A DNA stretch of 63,292 bases, filler included, from Thraustochytrium aureum (taxonomy: Eukaryota), in NCBI GenBank assembly GCA_012862495.1. It is 3 parts of one record of this genome, joined end to end, with 100 filler letters (N's around TTAATTAATTAA, not from the genome) between each part and the next. Parts side by side here need not be neighbours in the genome. Positions count along the whole stretch, not along the records: positions 18,141 to 37,985 come from BLSG01000335.1; 2 more parts are not named here. The stretch is one strand, 5' to 3'. Positions 20,592 to 32,034 of the stretch are shown here, one piece after another (positions within the stretch are counted from its first letter, which is position 1; every line of letters starts with the position of its first letter). The notes beneath the pieces were generated by a model. It had not been told where the DNA came from. It was given only the letters and a program-made list of their open reading frames with translations, and did not search any database. The translations under genes and the position numbers were made by a program.

Positions 20592-22349
20592 CTACAAATC
20601 GACTGCGTTTGAGATGCAGAAAAACCACAAACGAAGGTTGAACCATGTCAAGTGCGCTGGCGGGGCGCGAAAGCCACCGGCCCGAGCCCAAGGCTGCGCT
20701 GCCTGCTCAACAAGCAGATTTACGCGGCTCTTGGCCGTGTACGTCTGTATGCGCGGATCGACGAGCTCGCAAATCTGCGTCGAAAGCGGAGGGGACAGGA
20801 GGCGAGAATACTCATAGCAATCATGGTAGAAAAACCAGCCCGGCGTCGCCACAGTCGTACAGCTCCGCGAAAGCATGCGCAAGATCTGCCTATCGCTGTA
20901 CTCGCGGCGGTGATCAAGCGGCAGAACGATAAACTTGTCGACGCGCCAGTTCCAATCCGACGCGACCCCGGGCTTTGGCGACATAACGCTCATGACAACC
21001 TCCACCTTGCGCTGCGTGACTGCTACGTCGTGACCAAGGACGGATCGCACGCGCAAACGTTGGACGCCAGTCGCGCGGAAACTCAGGCTCACCGCGCTGC
21101 CCACGTCCGCTCGCATCCCTGCCCATTCATCAGGATCCTGACGTGATAAGCTTGCACTTGGGGTCCGGTCCCAAAAAACGCTCGCGCTGACCTCGGCAGC
21201 GAAGCACAGGTTGAACGACTCGACCTCGAGCCCCCCTGATTCGGCCCCCGCGGGCGTCGCTGGCGTGTTGAGTAGCATTCCCGGGCGAGGCGTCGAGTAG
21301 AACTCGAGGCGGTCTTCCAGGTTGGTCTTGCACCAGGGCGTGAGCACGTTTTCCAACCCAGAAAAGTCGCGCTTGAGATTTGCTGCGCTGATTTTCTTCA
21401 GGCTGTCGAGCGCGTGCGCGACGAGCTTGTCCATGTCAAAGTTGGGGTCAACTGCCTCAATCCCAAAGATGGCTGCTAGCGCCCGTCCCTCGAGAAACTT
21501 GCCGGCGAGGAGATTGATGAGGCGCCCGTGACGCCAGGGGCGGAAGTGCCTGTTCACGGGGCCCCAAATTGGCCCCGAGAGCGCCCCGAGCCCCTCGCCG
21601 CCGAGGTACTTGTCCAGGCCTTGCTTGACTAGGTCGGCGGCCTCGGAGGGATTGCTTGCGGAGCCCTGCTTTTGCAGCCCTTCCAACGGCAGCGACTCGT
21701 TCGCGAGCGCGAGCGCCTTCTCGCAGTAGTCTCGCATCGCGTTGCAGCGGTCATCCCGGGCCTTGACGAGGCGAATTACATCCCGCGCCTCTGCATCTGA
21801 CGCCGTTCTTGGCTTTTTCCTGTAGTCGGGCCCGAAAGCGAGGGCGATCTCGCCATGTTGCGCGACGATCGGGTCCCAGTACTCGCGGAGCATTGCCTCG
21901 TGTAGAGCAGCGCTGTCCTTCTTGGTTTGCTTGGTTGGGCTGGCTGCCAGTCTGGCGCACCGCACGGTGAACCGGACGGTGCTTTCGATCTGCCTTTCTA
22001 ACTGCATTCGCAGCCGGTTTATGGCCACTTGGTTCGTTTCGAGTTTTGGCCAGTCTGCGTTTATGCCTGGCACGAGCGCAGGGTTGAGCTCGCCGAGTTC
22101 GGGCAGGTCTGGCACCTCCGTGCTGTTCACCGCGCGGGGGGTGCGGCCCCTCTGTTGCAGCTTGGACCTGCGGCTCGCCGGCGGGTGCTTTGTCGCGAAC
22201 TCGCGTGCTGCTCTGTGCCGTCTGAACAGCAACTCTCCGGCAGGTTTGCTCGGGCCGCACCCTGGCCAGCGCCGGCGCCCGAGTCTGCCTGAAAACCTAC
22301 CTGCCGCCATCGCGAGCAGCATCTCGCTCGTTCGGCCGCTTTTCTGCAC
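20592..22349 (-). CDS. Hypothetical protein, possibly mitochondrial with a Tim44-like (NTF2-fold) domain
   Basis: 585-aa open frame with an Arg-rich, acid-poor N-terminus. DPNFDMDKLVAHALDSLKKISAANLKRDFSGLENVLTP resembles the start of a Tim44/MAIP1-like domain. Confidence 0.5.
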   Translation of the reverse strand: MQKSGRTSEMLLAMAAGRFSGRLGRRRWPGCGPSKPAGELLFRRHRAAREFATKHPPASRRSKLQQRGRTPRAVNSTEVPDLPELGELNPALVPGINADWPKLETNQVAINRLRMQLERQIESTVRFTVRCARLAASPTKQTKKDSAALHEAMLREYWDPIVAQHGEIALAFGPDYRKKPRTASDAEARDVIRLVKARDDRCNAMRDYCEKALALANESLPLEGLQKQGSASNPSEAADLVKQGLDKYLGGEGLGALSGPIWGPVNRHFRPWRHGRLINLLAGKFLEGRALAAIFGIEAVDPNFDMDKLVAHALDSLKKISAANLKRDFSGLENVLTPWCKTNLEDRLEFYSTPRPGMLLNTPATPAGAESGGLEVESFNLCFAAEVSASVFWDRTPSASLSRQDPDEWAGMRADVGSAVSLSFRATGVQRLRVRSVLGHDVAVTQRKVEVVMSVMSPKPGVASDWNWRVDKFIVLPLDHRREYSDRQILRMLSRSCTTVATPGWFFYHDCYEYSRLLSPPLSTQICELVDPRIQTYTAKSRVNLLVEQAAQPWARAGGFRAPPAHLTWFNLRLWFFCISNAVDL

Positions 22350-22735
22350 GAGCGCCCAGGCCGGGCGGGCCCGTCAGCCAAGACACCGCACAGTCTCCTC
22401 GGCAGGAGCGCCCCGCCGCCAAGCGGGAGCCACACTACTAGGGGCTGCGCCTGCGGCGCCGCGCCGTCGCCTGGCCCAGTCCGCGCTCGGCCTTTGCGCT
22501 CGGCGCGAGTCGCGTCAAGGTCAACTTTCGGGTTGGCTGGTCGAGGTTTTCCGACACGAAAGGCTGGGTGGCGAGCAGCCAAACCGCACACGCGGCCAAG
22601 GCAAAGCAAGCTCTGCGGCCGGCGTGCCCTCAACAGCATACCGGTGCACAGCGGTTCGCAAGCACGCGAGCCGAGGACTTTGCCTCTCCGACGCGGCGCT
22701 CTTGGTCCGTGGGCCCTGGTGGCGAGGCGAAAAGG

Positions 22736-23390
22736 ATGAGCAGATTCGGACGCGTCGTTGAAGCAGTTCGAACGCGCCTTCCTTGGGCGGTGGGGCCCTC
22801 AAGGCACGGCGGGGCGAAGACGGGGTCCCCGTGCTGTGGGCGTCGGCGATCCCTGCAGACTCGCTCGGGCATTGCAGGCTGGACGACAAGCTCTTGTTGG
22901 CCGTGATTGCCGACGCGCACGTGTCGCTCATTCACGAGGAGTTGAAGCCGTGGCGGCTGGCTGATTGGAAACCTCTCGCTGACGTCACGGACGCAGAGAT
23001 GGAGCAGGTTTTTGCGCGCCTGCAACTTGCGCGTGACCTCGGCATCACTGCCAAGGGGCTGCATCGGCGCACGCGGCGGGACTCGAGGACCGCAAGCCCA
23101 AGCGGGCGTTGGAGTTTGGGTCCAAGAAGACCAAGACCTTTTGGATTAGAGTCGTGGATGGACCAGAGCGTGGGAATCAGATCCAGAAGGTCTGCAACCA
23201 CAACATGGTGGCCCTCGGTCGGCTCAGGTCTGGGGATTGGGGGTTCCTGAAGCGGTTTCCTCAGCCGGAACTTGTCCTTGTCCCGTGGGTGCTTGGCAGC
23301 GAGGTCAGCGCCTGGCCCAAGGTCTTGGGCCTGGTCTCGCTCGCTTTTCTGGCCGGCGTTGGCGGCCTCGCGCGACTGCTGTTCCATTAG
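22736..23390 (+). CDS. Hypothetical protein with C-terminal TM anchor (frameshifted)
   Basis: Protein-like segments in successive frames: MSRFGRVVEAV / GEDGVPVLW..EMEQVFARLQLARDLG / KTFWIRVVDG..VLGLVSLAFLAGVGGLARLLFH. Confidence 0.35.
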
Positions 23391-24858
23391 CCGGTAGTAG
23401 AGTGAGTACTCTGCTCTGCAGTTCCCCGCGAGCTTTTGGTGCGCCTCGGACCCGGTCGGCTTTGCTTGGACTAGCTGACTCGCCTCCAAGGACAGGTGCA
23501 TGGTGGTTGCCGCGGCCAGCCACAGCTCGGATCGCAGGCTGGCTGGCTCTACCTCGCTCGCAACCGCCGTTTGCCTGACCGGGTGGTTCTCAAGCAAGTA
23601 GGTCGGCAGCACTCTTCTTTCTCGCGCGACGCCTTTGCACCGCCAGGCGTCCGTCGAGGAGCCCCTCCCTCACCAGCTCCAAGATACGCTTCGAGAGCCA
23701 TCAGCGGCCTCTCTGCCAGGCCTGGTCCCGGCCACTGTGCTGCGTCTGTCGTCCTCCTCCGCAACCACCGGGCCAGCGCCAGCTCGACCATTGCGCCGTC
23801 GAAGCCCGCGTGGCGCCGATCCTGGCCTCGCACCATCCATCCATCCATCCATCCAATCCATCCATCCCGACGGCCCAGCGCGCGAGTCCAGCAAGCGGCA
23901 CAGGATCAGCAAGCAAGCCGCTTCGCGCCGTTGGTCGCCCCCGCGAGCGCAACAACCATGGCACGGCGTGGCGGTTACAGCGCGCTCGCCGATCGTCGGA
24001 GCATGCGATTCTATCCTGCGGAGGCCGGCGCCATTTCCCGGACCGACCCCCGCAAGGGGCAGGCGAGCAAGAAGCAAGCGCGCCACTCACAGCNNNNNNN
24101 NNNNNNNNNNNNNNNNNNNNNNNNNNNNNNNNNNNNNNNNNNNNNNNNNNNNNNNNNNNNNNNNNNNNNNNNNNNNNNNNNNNNNNNNNNNNNNNNNNNN
24201 NNNNNNNNNNNNNNNNNNNNNNNNNNNNNNNNNNNNNNNNNNNNNNNNNNNNNNNNNNNNNNNNNNNNNNNNNNNNNNNNNNNNNNNNNNNNNNNNNNNN
24301 NNNNNNNNNNNNNNNNNNNNNNNNNNNNNNNNNNNNNNNNNNNNNNNNNNNNNNNNNNNNNNNNNNNNNNNNNNNNNNNNNNNNNNNNNNNNNNNNNNNN
24401 NNNNNNNNNNNNNNNNNNNNNNNNNNNNNNNNNNNNNNNNNNNNNNNNNNNNNNNNNNNNNNNNNNNNNNNNNNNNNNNNNNNNNNNNNNNNNNNNNNNN
24501 NNNNNNNNNNNNNNNNNNNNNNNNNNNNNNNNNNNNNNNNNNNNNNNNNNNNNNNNNNNNNNNNNNNNNNNNNNNNNNNNNNNNNNNNNNNNNNNNNNNN
24601 NNNNNNNNNNNNNNNNNNNNNNNNNNNNNNNNNNNNNNNNNNNNNNNNNNNNNNNNNNNNNNNNNNNNNNNNNNNNNNNNNNNNNNNNNNNNNNNNNNNN
24701 NNNNNNNNNNNNNNNNNNNNNNNNNNNNNNNNNNNNNNNNNNNNNNNNNNNNNNNNNNNNNNNNNNNNNNNNNNNNNNNNNNNNNNNNNNNNNNNNNNNN
24801 NNNNNNNNNNNNNNNNNNNNNNNNNNGTCACAATGCAGGAACCGTTCGAGGCTATGGG

Positions 24859-27396
24859 ATGCAGAGCCCCCGCGCCGACCACATGGACCACGCCACGTCC
24901 GCGTCGTACGGGTCGCCAAGCGAGTCCAGCAGCGATCGCCTGCCGCCGGGACAAGCCGGCGGCGCGAGCCCAACAACTGTGTGGTGGAACAGCGTCACGG
25001 TTCAGCTCGGGTCCAACAAACCCTCGAACTACACGATCGAAATCAGCGCAACAGACGTCTACTTCTTCGGCGAAGTGGGCACCCTGTCCCAGATAGGCGT
25101 GAGAGAGGGCGACGTGTTGAGCGAGGTGGACGGCGAGCCGATCGACTTCAGGACGCACAGCCGGCAGACCGTGGTGGAAATGGTGCGGACCGCGCGGACC
25201 GGGTTCGCTCTCCATCGCATGACAGAGGTCCCGAATATCCAGGACGACAACGACTGGCAGGGCTCCCTCCTCCCGCACCTCGACGAGGACGCTCTCGAGC
25301 CCTTGCGCAAGCGCGCGCGTCGTCCATGCACAGCCGCAGACTGCTCGAACCGCGAGGTTGGGTGCAGCGGGCTCTGCCGCAAGCACGGCGGAAGCCGCCG
25401 TTGCCGGGTGGAAGGGTGCGGCAAGGCCGCCCGCGCCGGCGCAGAGTTTTGCATGGCCCACGGCGGCGGGCGCCGTTGCAGCATAGAAGGCTGCACCAAG
25501 TACGATGTAGGGCGTGGGCTGTGCCTTGGGCACGGCGGCGGGCGGCGGTGNNNNATCAGCCGGGGTGCTTGAAAGCGGCCGCCTGCGCCACGGGCCTGTG
25601 CAAGGGCCACNNNNNNNNNNNNNNNNNNNNNNNNNNNNNNNNNNNNNNNNNNNNNNNNNNNNNNNNNNNNNNNNNNNNNNNNNNNNNNNNNNNNNNNNNN
25701 NNNNNNNNNNNNNNNNNNNNNNNNNNNNNNNNNNNNNNNNNNNNNNNNNNNNNNNNNNNNNNNNNNNNNNNNNNNNNNNNNNNNNNNNNNNNNNNNNNNN
25801 NNNNNNNNNNNNNNNNNNNNNNNNNNNNNNNNNNNNNNNNNNNNNNNNNNNNNNNNNNNNNNNNNNNNNNNNNNNNNNNNNNNNNNNNNNNNNNNNNNNN
25901 NNNNNNNNNNNNNNNNNNNNNNNNNNNNNNNNTGATGACCGACTGCGAAAAGTCCGCGCAGGGCTCGAGCGGCTACTGTGTCAGCCACGGCGGCGGCGTG
26001 CGCTGCAAGGAGGCCGGCTGCCAGCGACACGCCGTCACGGCGGGCCTTTGCCGCAGCCACGGGGGCGGCAAGAAGTGTACCATCGACGACTGCGAGCACT
26101 TCGCGCAGGGCTCGACTGAATTTTGCAAGCGCCACGGCGGCGGCCGCCGCTGCCGCGTGCCGGACTGCGTCCGATCGGCGGTTGGCGCCTACCCGCGAGA
26201 CCTCTGTGTGCGGCACGGCGGCGGGCGCCGCTGCGAGTTCGCCAACGGATGCAACAAAAGCGCTGTCGGCAAGTCCAACTTTTGCGTCGCTCACGGCGGC
26301 GGGAACCGGTGCTCGGTGGACGACTGCTCGAAGGCCGCCGTCGGTCCCACAAAGTACTGCAAGTCGCACGGCGGCGGGCGCCGCTGCAAGCACCCTGGCG
26401 GCTGCAACAAGTCCGCCGAGGGCGTGTTGGACCGCTGCAAGGCGCACGGCGGCGGCAAGCGCTGCTCAGTTGACAACTGCCCGCGCTCGGCCCGCGGCAG
26501 CACTGCGTATTGCGTGTCCCACGGTGGCGGCAAGCGGTGCTCGCGTGAGGGCTGCAGCAAGGCCGCGCAGGGCGCCACCAAGCTTTGCGTCGCCCATGGA
26601 GGCGGCCGCCGCTGCAAGTTCGAGGCCTGTGAAAAGCTCGACCAAGGCGGGGGCCTCTGCAAGGCGCACGGCGGCGGTCGGCGCTGCAGGGAGCCGGGCT
26701 GTGCCAAGCCCGCGCAAGGCACAGAGGGGCTCTGCCCCACGCACGGCGGGGGCGTCGGTGCACAATCGAAGACTGCACCAGGAGCGACATTGGCCGTGGT
26801 CTCTGCCGGTTTCACGGCAAAACCAAGCGCTGCAAGGCTGAGAGCTGCGATCGGTACGACGCAGGCGGCGGCTTTTGCAAGAGCCATGGGGGCGGCAAGC
26901 GCTGCAAGGCGGATGGTTGCAACCGCGCAGCAGCTGAGAACCGCACAGAGTATTGCATCTCGCACGGCGGTGGCAAACGCTGCAAAGTGGACGGCTGCGC
27001 CAAGGGGGCGCGCGGCAGCTCGGACCTCTGCGTGTCGCACGGCGGCGGCCGCCGCTGCACCGTCGAGGGCTGTAGCAAGCACGACGCTGGCCGTGGCAAG
27101 TGCAAGGCTCACGGGGCGGCCGTCGCTGTATGTTCGAAGGCTGCAACAAGTCTGCCACCGGGGTCGGCAACAAAGTGTACTGCATCTCGCACGGCGGTGG
27201 CCGCCGCTGCGCCCACGCCGGCTGCGAGACGTCGGCGCGCCACGGCAGCGAGTTTTGCCGCTACCACAAGGAGTTTAATGACCGCGTGGAGGCCGAAGCG
27301 CGTGGCGACGTGTTCGTCACTCGCTGCAGCCTGAGGAGCGCGCGACGGCCAATGCGCTTGTCACGCTACAGGGACCTGCCACGGTGGTTTCTCTGA
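24859..27396 (+). CDS. PDZ-like domain plus long array of WRKY19-type C-x4-C...C-x2-HGGG zinc-finger repeats (gapped, frameshifted)
   Basis: GVREGDVLSEVDGEP..SRQTVVEMVR (PDZ-like) followed by 22 visible RRCxxxGCxKxAxGxxxxCxxHGGG-type units. Frameshifts in G-runs at ~26750 and ~27115. The true start may lie in the upstream gap. Confidence 0.85.
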
Positions 27397-27588
27397 GCCA
27401 GGCACTTGCGCAGTCCTCCGCGGCGTTCGCGCAGCAGAGCGGCGAACCTGAGGGCGGCACCGAGTTGCAAGTGCAGGCGACCGCAGAGGGGCTCAACGGG
27501 CAGGGCGGCGGCGATGCTGTGAGCGCTACACAGGGCATTTTGCCTGCGTGTGTGACAGCTGTTTAGGTGCCTCATCGAGCTCGGTCCG

Positions 27589-27678
27589 CGACCTCGGGGC
27601 CCTCGCCCTGGGGGTCCTCGACCTCGGGGCCCTCGACCTCGGGGTCCTCGCCCTCGGGGTCCTCGACCTCGGGGTCCT
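27589..27678 (+). repeat. 15-bp minisatellite, 6 copies
   Basis: cgacctcggggYcct and cgccctYggggtcct units in tandem. Confidence 0.9.
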
Positions 27679-27932
27679 GCCCCAGGCGCGGTCGAGCCGG
27701 TCAGGGACGGGTTGAGCCAGAGGCTAAGCAGCACCGGCGAGTGCGTGCGGGGTCGCAAAGCGGTTTGGAGCTGCTCCGACCTGCTGGTAGGTGTCTTGCA
27801 CTCGAGGGCGAGGTCTGCCTGTCTGCCTGGCGCCATTCTCACAGCAAGCATAAAAACACACGCACCTTTCGCAATGTACTACTTTTTACAAATCTGCTCG
27901 AGCGCGCTAGCAAGCTCGCTGCGGAGGACGTT

Positions 27933-29869
27933 CTACCTGCGCCCGGCGCGCACACTTCGCGCGGGCGGCACTCTGCGCTGCAGCGTGCGCTCTCGATGGC
28001 GCTTGAGGATGCCAATGTCATCGAGGCCGCTCGAGATCGAAGCGATACTGGGCAGCGGCCGGCTCGCGGGCCCCGCTGCGTTTCGCGGCGCAGAAGGCCG
28101 CCGGGGTTTGCGCGCCGCGCCCCAGATGTCTGTGCCTGCGCTTCCTTCCTGGAGGTCGCGCCGCGCTTCGCTGGGACCCTCCTCGCGCGAGCGAGAGGAA
28201 TCCAGTGCGGCTCGGGTTGTTTTGGACGAGCTAGCGTACTCGTCGCTCGCTGGCTCCGCTGCACAACACGGGGGCTGCCCGCCGGCGAGGCTGCTCCACG
28301 CTTCGTCGTTGGGCCCGTTTCGAAACCTGTAATGTATGCCTTCGCACTTGAAAAACACTGTCAGGCTAAGGGCTCGTTGAGCGCAGGCGGGCCCGCGCCC
28401 GATTCGGCGTTGTTGCCCGCTTCGCACTGGCCCTCCTCGCCGCCCGCATGGCCGAGCTCCACCTTAAAGGCCAGGCTCTCACCGCACTTGAGTGTCCAAG
28501 TCTTCGGGCCTGCCTTGCTCTGGTCGTCACTGTGGACATGGAAGACCTGGTCCACCGCGCCATCTTTGGTCATCACAAGGCCGTGGCCGGAGCTCGCAAT
28601 AGAGAGGAACGTCTTGCCGTTCTCGAAATTCAGCGTGCCAGAGCCTCGGTCGTCAAAGCTTGCAACGACTGCGCCGCGTTCGCTCATTGCAAGCGCCCTA
28701 AAGGAGCTCGACGAGGCGCTGACGCGCTCAATTGAGACAGCGATCGAGCCGTTTGGCCAGCGCACCAAGCTCGAGCCGTCGCGCCGAATGGTCACTGCTT
28801 CGCGCTTCGATTTGGCGTAGACGACCTGGTGTGCTCGGGCGTTGCACTCAATAATTTCACTCAGGGGCGCGAGAGTGGCCGTCGAATTGTCTCGAGCTTG
28901 TGGCAAGCGCGCGTTGGAGCTCTTTGGGGTCGCGCTTGATTTTGGCCTTGGGCTTTCGCGGGGCGAGGCGTCCACTTCTGGGACGGCTGCGGCAGAAACG
29001 GGACTGCTTGTTCCGCTTCGCCGGGCTTCGTCAGCGCTCTCGACGCCCGGGTCGACTTTGAGAGCTGCACTGGCTGGTGCCACATCCACGTCCGGTTCCG
29101 TTGCAGGATTGCGCGGGCTCTCGTGCTGCACATCCTCTTCCCCGGCCTTCTCAACGGCGCAGGCAACACTGTTGTCGTCTTGGCTTGGTGTCTGTGGTAT
29201 CTCGCCGGGGAGGGTGCCAGTATCAGCCGCCTGAAGAACAGTGCTTGAAGCCGAGCTGTCGGGTCTCTGTATCCCGCTCGGGCCCCTGGTCGAGTGCGTG
29301 GGCGGCTCGGATGCTGCTGACTTTGTCTGAGCACAGCCTTGGAGTTGAAGTGGGTTGCCATTCTGAACAGTGTATACGCAGCAGCGCGAGCCGCTCAACT
29401 GCAGCTGCTGCAAGAGGCTATCAGCAGACTCGGAGCAGGGGTTGCCGTGGAGAACAGCAACGCGCAACGCAGGAAGGCGGCGCAGCGGCTCCGCGACGGA
29501 GTTGATCCTGTTGTCGTTCGCCCGCAACACACCAAGTGAAGCGCATGCCTCAAGCGGTGCCAAGTCCGCGATGCAGTTGTGTGAGCAGTCAAGCGCCTCG
29601 AGCCGCTCAAGTGCGCCAATGCCGTCGAGCGCTGGCAGCGCGTTGTGCGCAACCACGAGCCTCACGAGCCTGGTCAGCAGCGCGACGTGCTGCAGGCTCG
29701 AAATCCGATTAAACGCAGCATTCAAGCTCCGCACCGGCTGCCCCGCGAGCCCAGCAAGCTCGGGCCCTCGCAGGGCGAGGTCGCTCACGTTGATCTCGTC
29801 CACGCTGGCTTCGTCGTCCGGGTCTCTCGCGCGCAGCTCGCGCCGCGTCCACCGCAGCCCGCTGTACAT
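27933..29869 (-). CDS. LRR protein with C-terminal FAM194/ERICH6-like domain (frameshift ~28370)
   Basis: N-terminal SDS22-like LRRs (LNAAFNRISSL, LDCSHNCIADL, VLHGNP), a low-complexity linker, then DGSSLVRWPNGSIAV..VVASFDDRGSGTLNFENGK..GHGLVMTKDG typical of FAM194. Continues in frame 27933..28427. Confidence 0.65.
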
Positions 29870-30470
29870 CACCAGACCAAAACCCCACGATGAAGTCAAC
29901 CACAAGGGATCGCCAGCATCAGCATCAGCGGCTCGCCCTCTCGGGCCACTCGATGTCAATCGCGCACTGCCCGCCGCCGCGTCAGATCAACCAAAACCAA
30001 CGCCACACCAAACCAAACCAACCCAGAAATGCCGTTACACATCGACGAACAAAGGAGCCCTCGTCGCCCCGCAGCCCGCTGTTCCTTTCGCACCGAGGAA
30101 CGTTCCGCGATGCCTCGTCACTTTACCACCCTACGTTACGTGACCCGCGTTCCGGTGGAGCGAGTGACGTGGGTGCGACGGAGAAACCGTGGCACGCGCC
30201 CCCGCACCTTTGCTAATTTTAAAGAGCGTACGACGCGTTTGCCGCGGGGAAGGAGAGGCTCTCTCCCCTGCACCTTGACACGACCCGCTTAAAGAGCAGG
30301 TGACGAGTGAGACTCAACGAGGTTCGCCTCGCGCACCCGCGCCTTCATTCCAGGTTCTTAAAGAGCGCACCACGTGTTCGCCACGGACAAGCTGTGCGAT
30401 TCGCCCGCGCACCTTGACGCGGCAGAATCGAACGAACGCACCTGCCTGCCTGCAACACAAGTGTGCAGCG

Positions 30471-30490
30471 CATCAGCAGCATCATCAGCA

Positions 30491-30526
<36 letters not shown>

Positions 30527-30532
30527 GCAGCA
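30471..30532 (+). repeat. CAG/CAT/CAC trinucleotide microsatellite
   Basis: Directly visible. Confidence 0.8.
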
Positions 30533-30601
30533 GTCCCCTAACGCATCTGTTGCGCCCGGCGCGCAGGCTGGCGTGCAGGGCCTTGAGCGCCGCGCACTGG
30601 G

Positions 30602-30702
30602 CAGACCAGAGACCAGACCAGAGACCAGAACCGAACAGAACAGAGCACAGAACAGAGCACAGAGCAGAACAGACCCAGAGCAGAGCAGAACAGACCACAG
30701 AG
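30602..30702 (+). repeat. CAGAR-type pentamer simple repeat next to gap
   Basis: cagac/cagag/cagaa units up to the N gap. Confidence 0.75.
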
Positions 30703-31529
30703 NNNNNNNNNNNNNNNNNNNNNNNNNNNNNNNNNNNNNNNNNNNNNNNNNNNNNNNNNNNNNNNNNNNNNNNNNNNNNNNNNNNNNNNNNNNNNNNNNN
30801 NNNNNNNNNNNNNNNNNNNNNNNNNNNNNNNNNNNNNNNNNNNNNNNNNNNNNNNNNNNNNNNNNNNNNNNNNNNNNNNNNNNNNNNNNNNNNNNNNNNN
30901 NNNNNNNNNNNNNNNNNNNNNNNNNNNNNNNNNNNNNNNNNNNNNNNNNNNNNNNNNNNNNNNNNNNNNNNNNNNNNNNNNNNNNNNNNNNNNNNNNNNN
31001 NNNNNNNNNNNNNNNNNNNNNNNNNNNNNNNNNNNNNNNNNNNNNNNNNNNNNNNNNNNNNNNNNNNNNNNNNNNNNNNNNNNNNNNNNNNNNNNNNNNN
31101 NNNNNNNNNNNNNNNNNNNNNNNNNNNNNNNNNNNNNNNNNNNNNNNNNNNNNNNNNNNNNNNNNNNNNNNNNNNNNNNNNNNNNNNNNNNNNNNNNNNN
31201 NNNNNNNNNNNNNNNNNNNNNNNNNNNNNNNNNNNNNNNNNNNNNNNNNNNNNNNNNNNNNNNNNNNNNNNNNNNNNNNNNNNNNNNNNNNNNNNNNNNN
31301 NNNNNNNNNNNNNNNNNNNNNNNNNNNNNNNNNNNNNNNNNNNNNNNNNNNNNNNNNNNNNNNNNNNNNNNNNNNNNNNNNNNNNNNNNNNNNNNNNNNN
31401 NNNNNNNNNNNNNNNNNNNNNNNNNNNNNNNNNNNNNNNNNNNNNNNNNNNNNNNNNNNNNNNNNNNNNNNNNNNNNNNNNNNNNNNNNNNNNNNNNNNN
31501 NNNNNNNNNNNNNNNNNNNNNNNNNNNNN

Positions 31530-31866
31530 GGTTCGCTCGCTCGAGCCGCTCGCGAGCTGCGTGTTGCTGGAGTCTGTGGATCTTTCGCTCTGCTGCAGCC
31601 TGCGTTCGCTCGAGCCGCTTGGGCGTCTGCCGAGACTCCGCGCCGTTTCCCTTTGGCGTTGCAAAGCGGCGCGCAACTTGGCTGCGCTTGCATTTTGCCC
31701 AAAGCTTGACTGGGTCGACATCACGGGCGCTCGAGAGGCGCACTCGTATGTGTCTGGGCACCAGGCGCTCCGACACGTTCGCACTGTGATCGTCGACAAC
31801 GACCCGGGGATATTCGCGCACCGGGAGCGCCTCGTGCTGGCAAGCGAGAGCCTCTTTGGAGGCTGA
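31530..31866 (+). CDS. C-terminal fragment of an LRR protein
   Basis: SLEPLASCVLLESVDLSLCCSLRSLEPLGRLPRLRAVSLWRC..LAFCPKLDWVDITG; 5' part lost in gap. Confidence 0.65.
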
Positions 31867-32034
31867 TCTTGCCGAGCGCCGCTGCGCGTTTGCGCCCGCT
31901 CCGCCTGCGCGCGCTGTCAATTTGTCTTGAGATTGTTTCTTTGTAAAACCCGATCTGTTTCGCTCTTGTTTGATTTCGCTGTTTGTTTGTTGCTGTTGGT
32001 ACTCTCGAGCTAGCTAGCTAGCTAGAGGTACTCA

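Noticed and set aside
27589..27678. Short repeat arrays (also 33208-33365 and 40349-40422) as CRISPR
   Set aside because: Head-to-tail repeats with no unique spacers, no cas genes, and a eukaryotic context.
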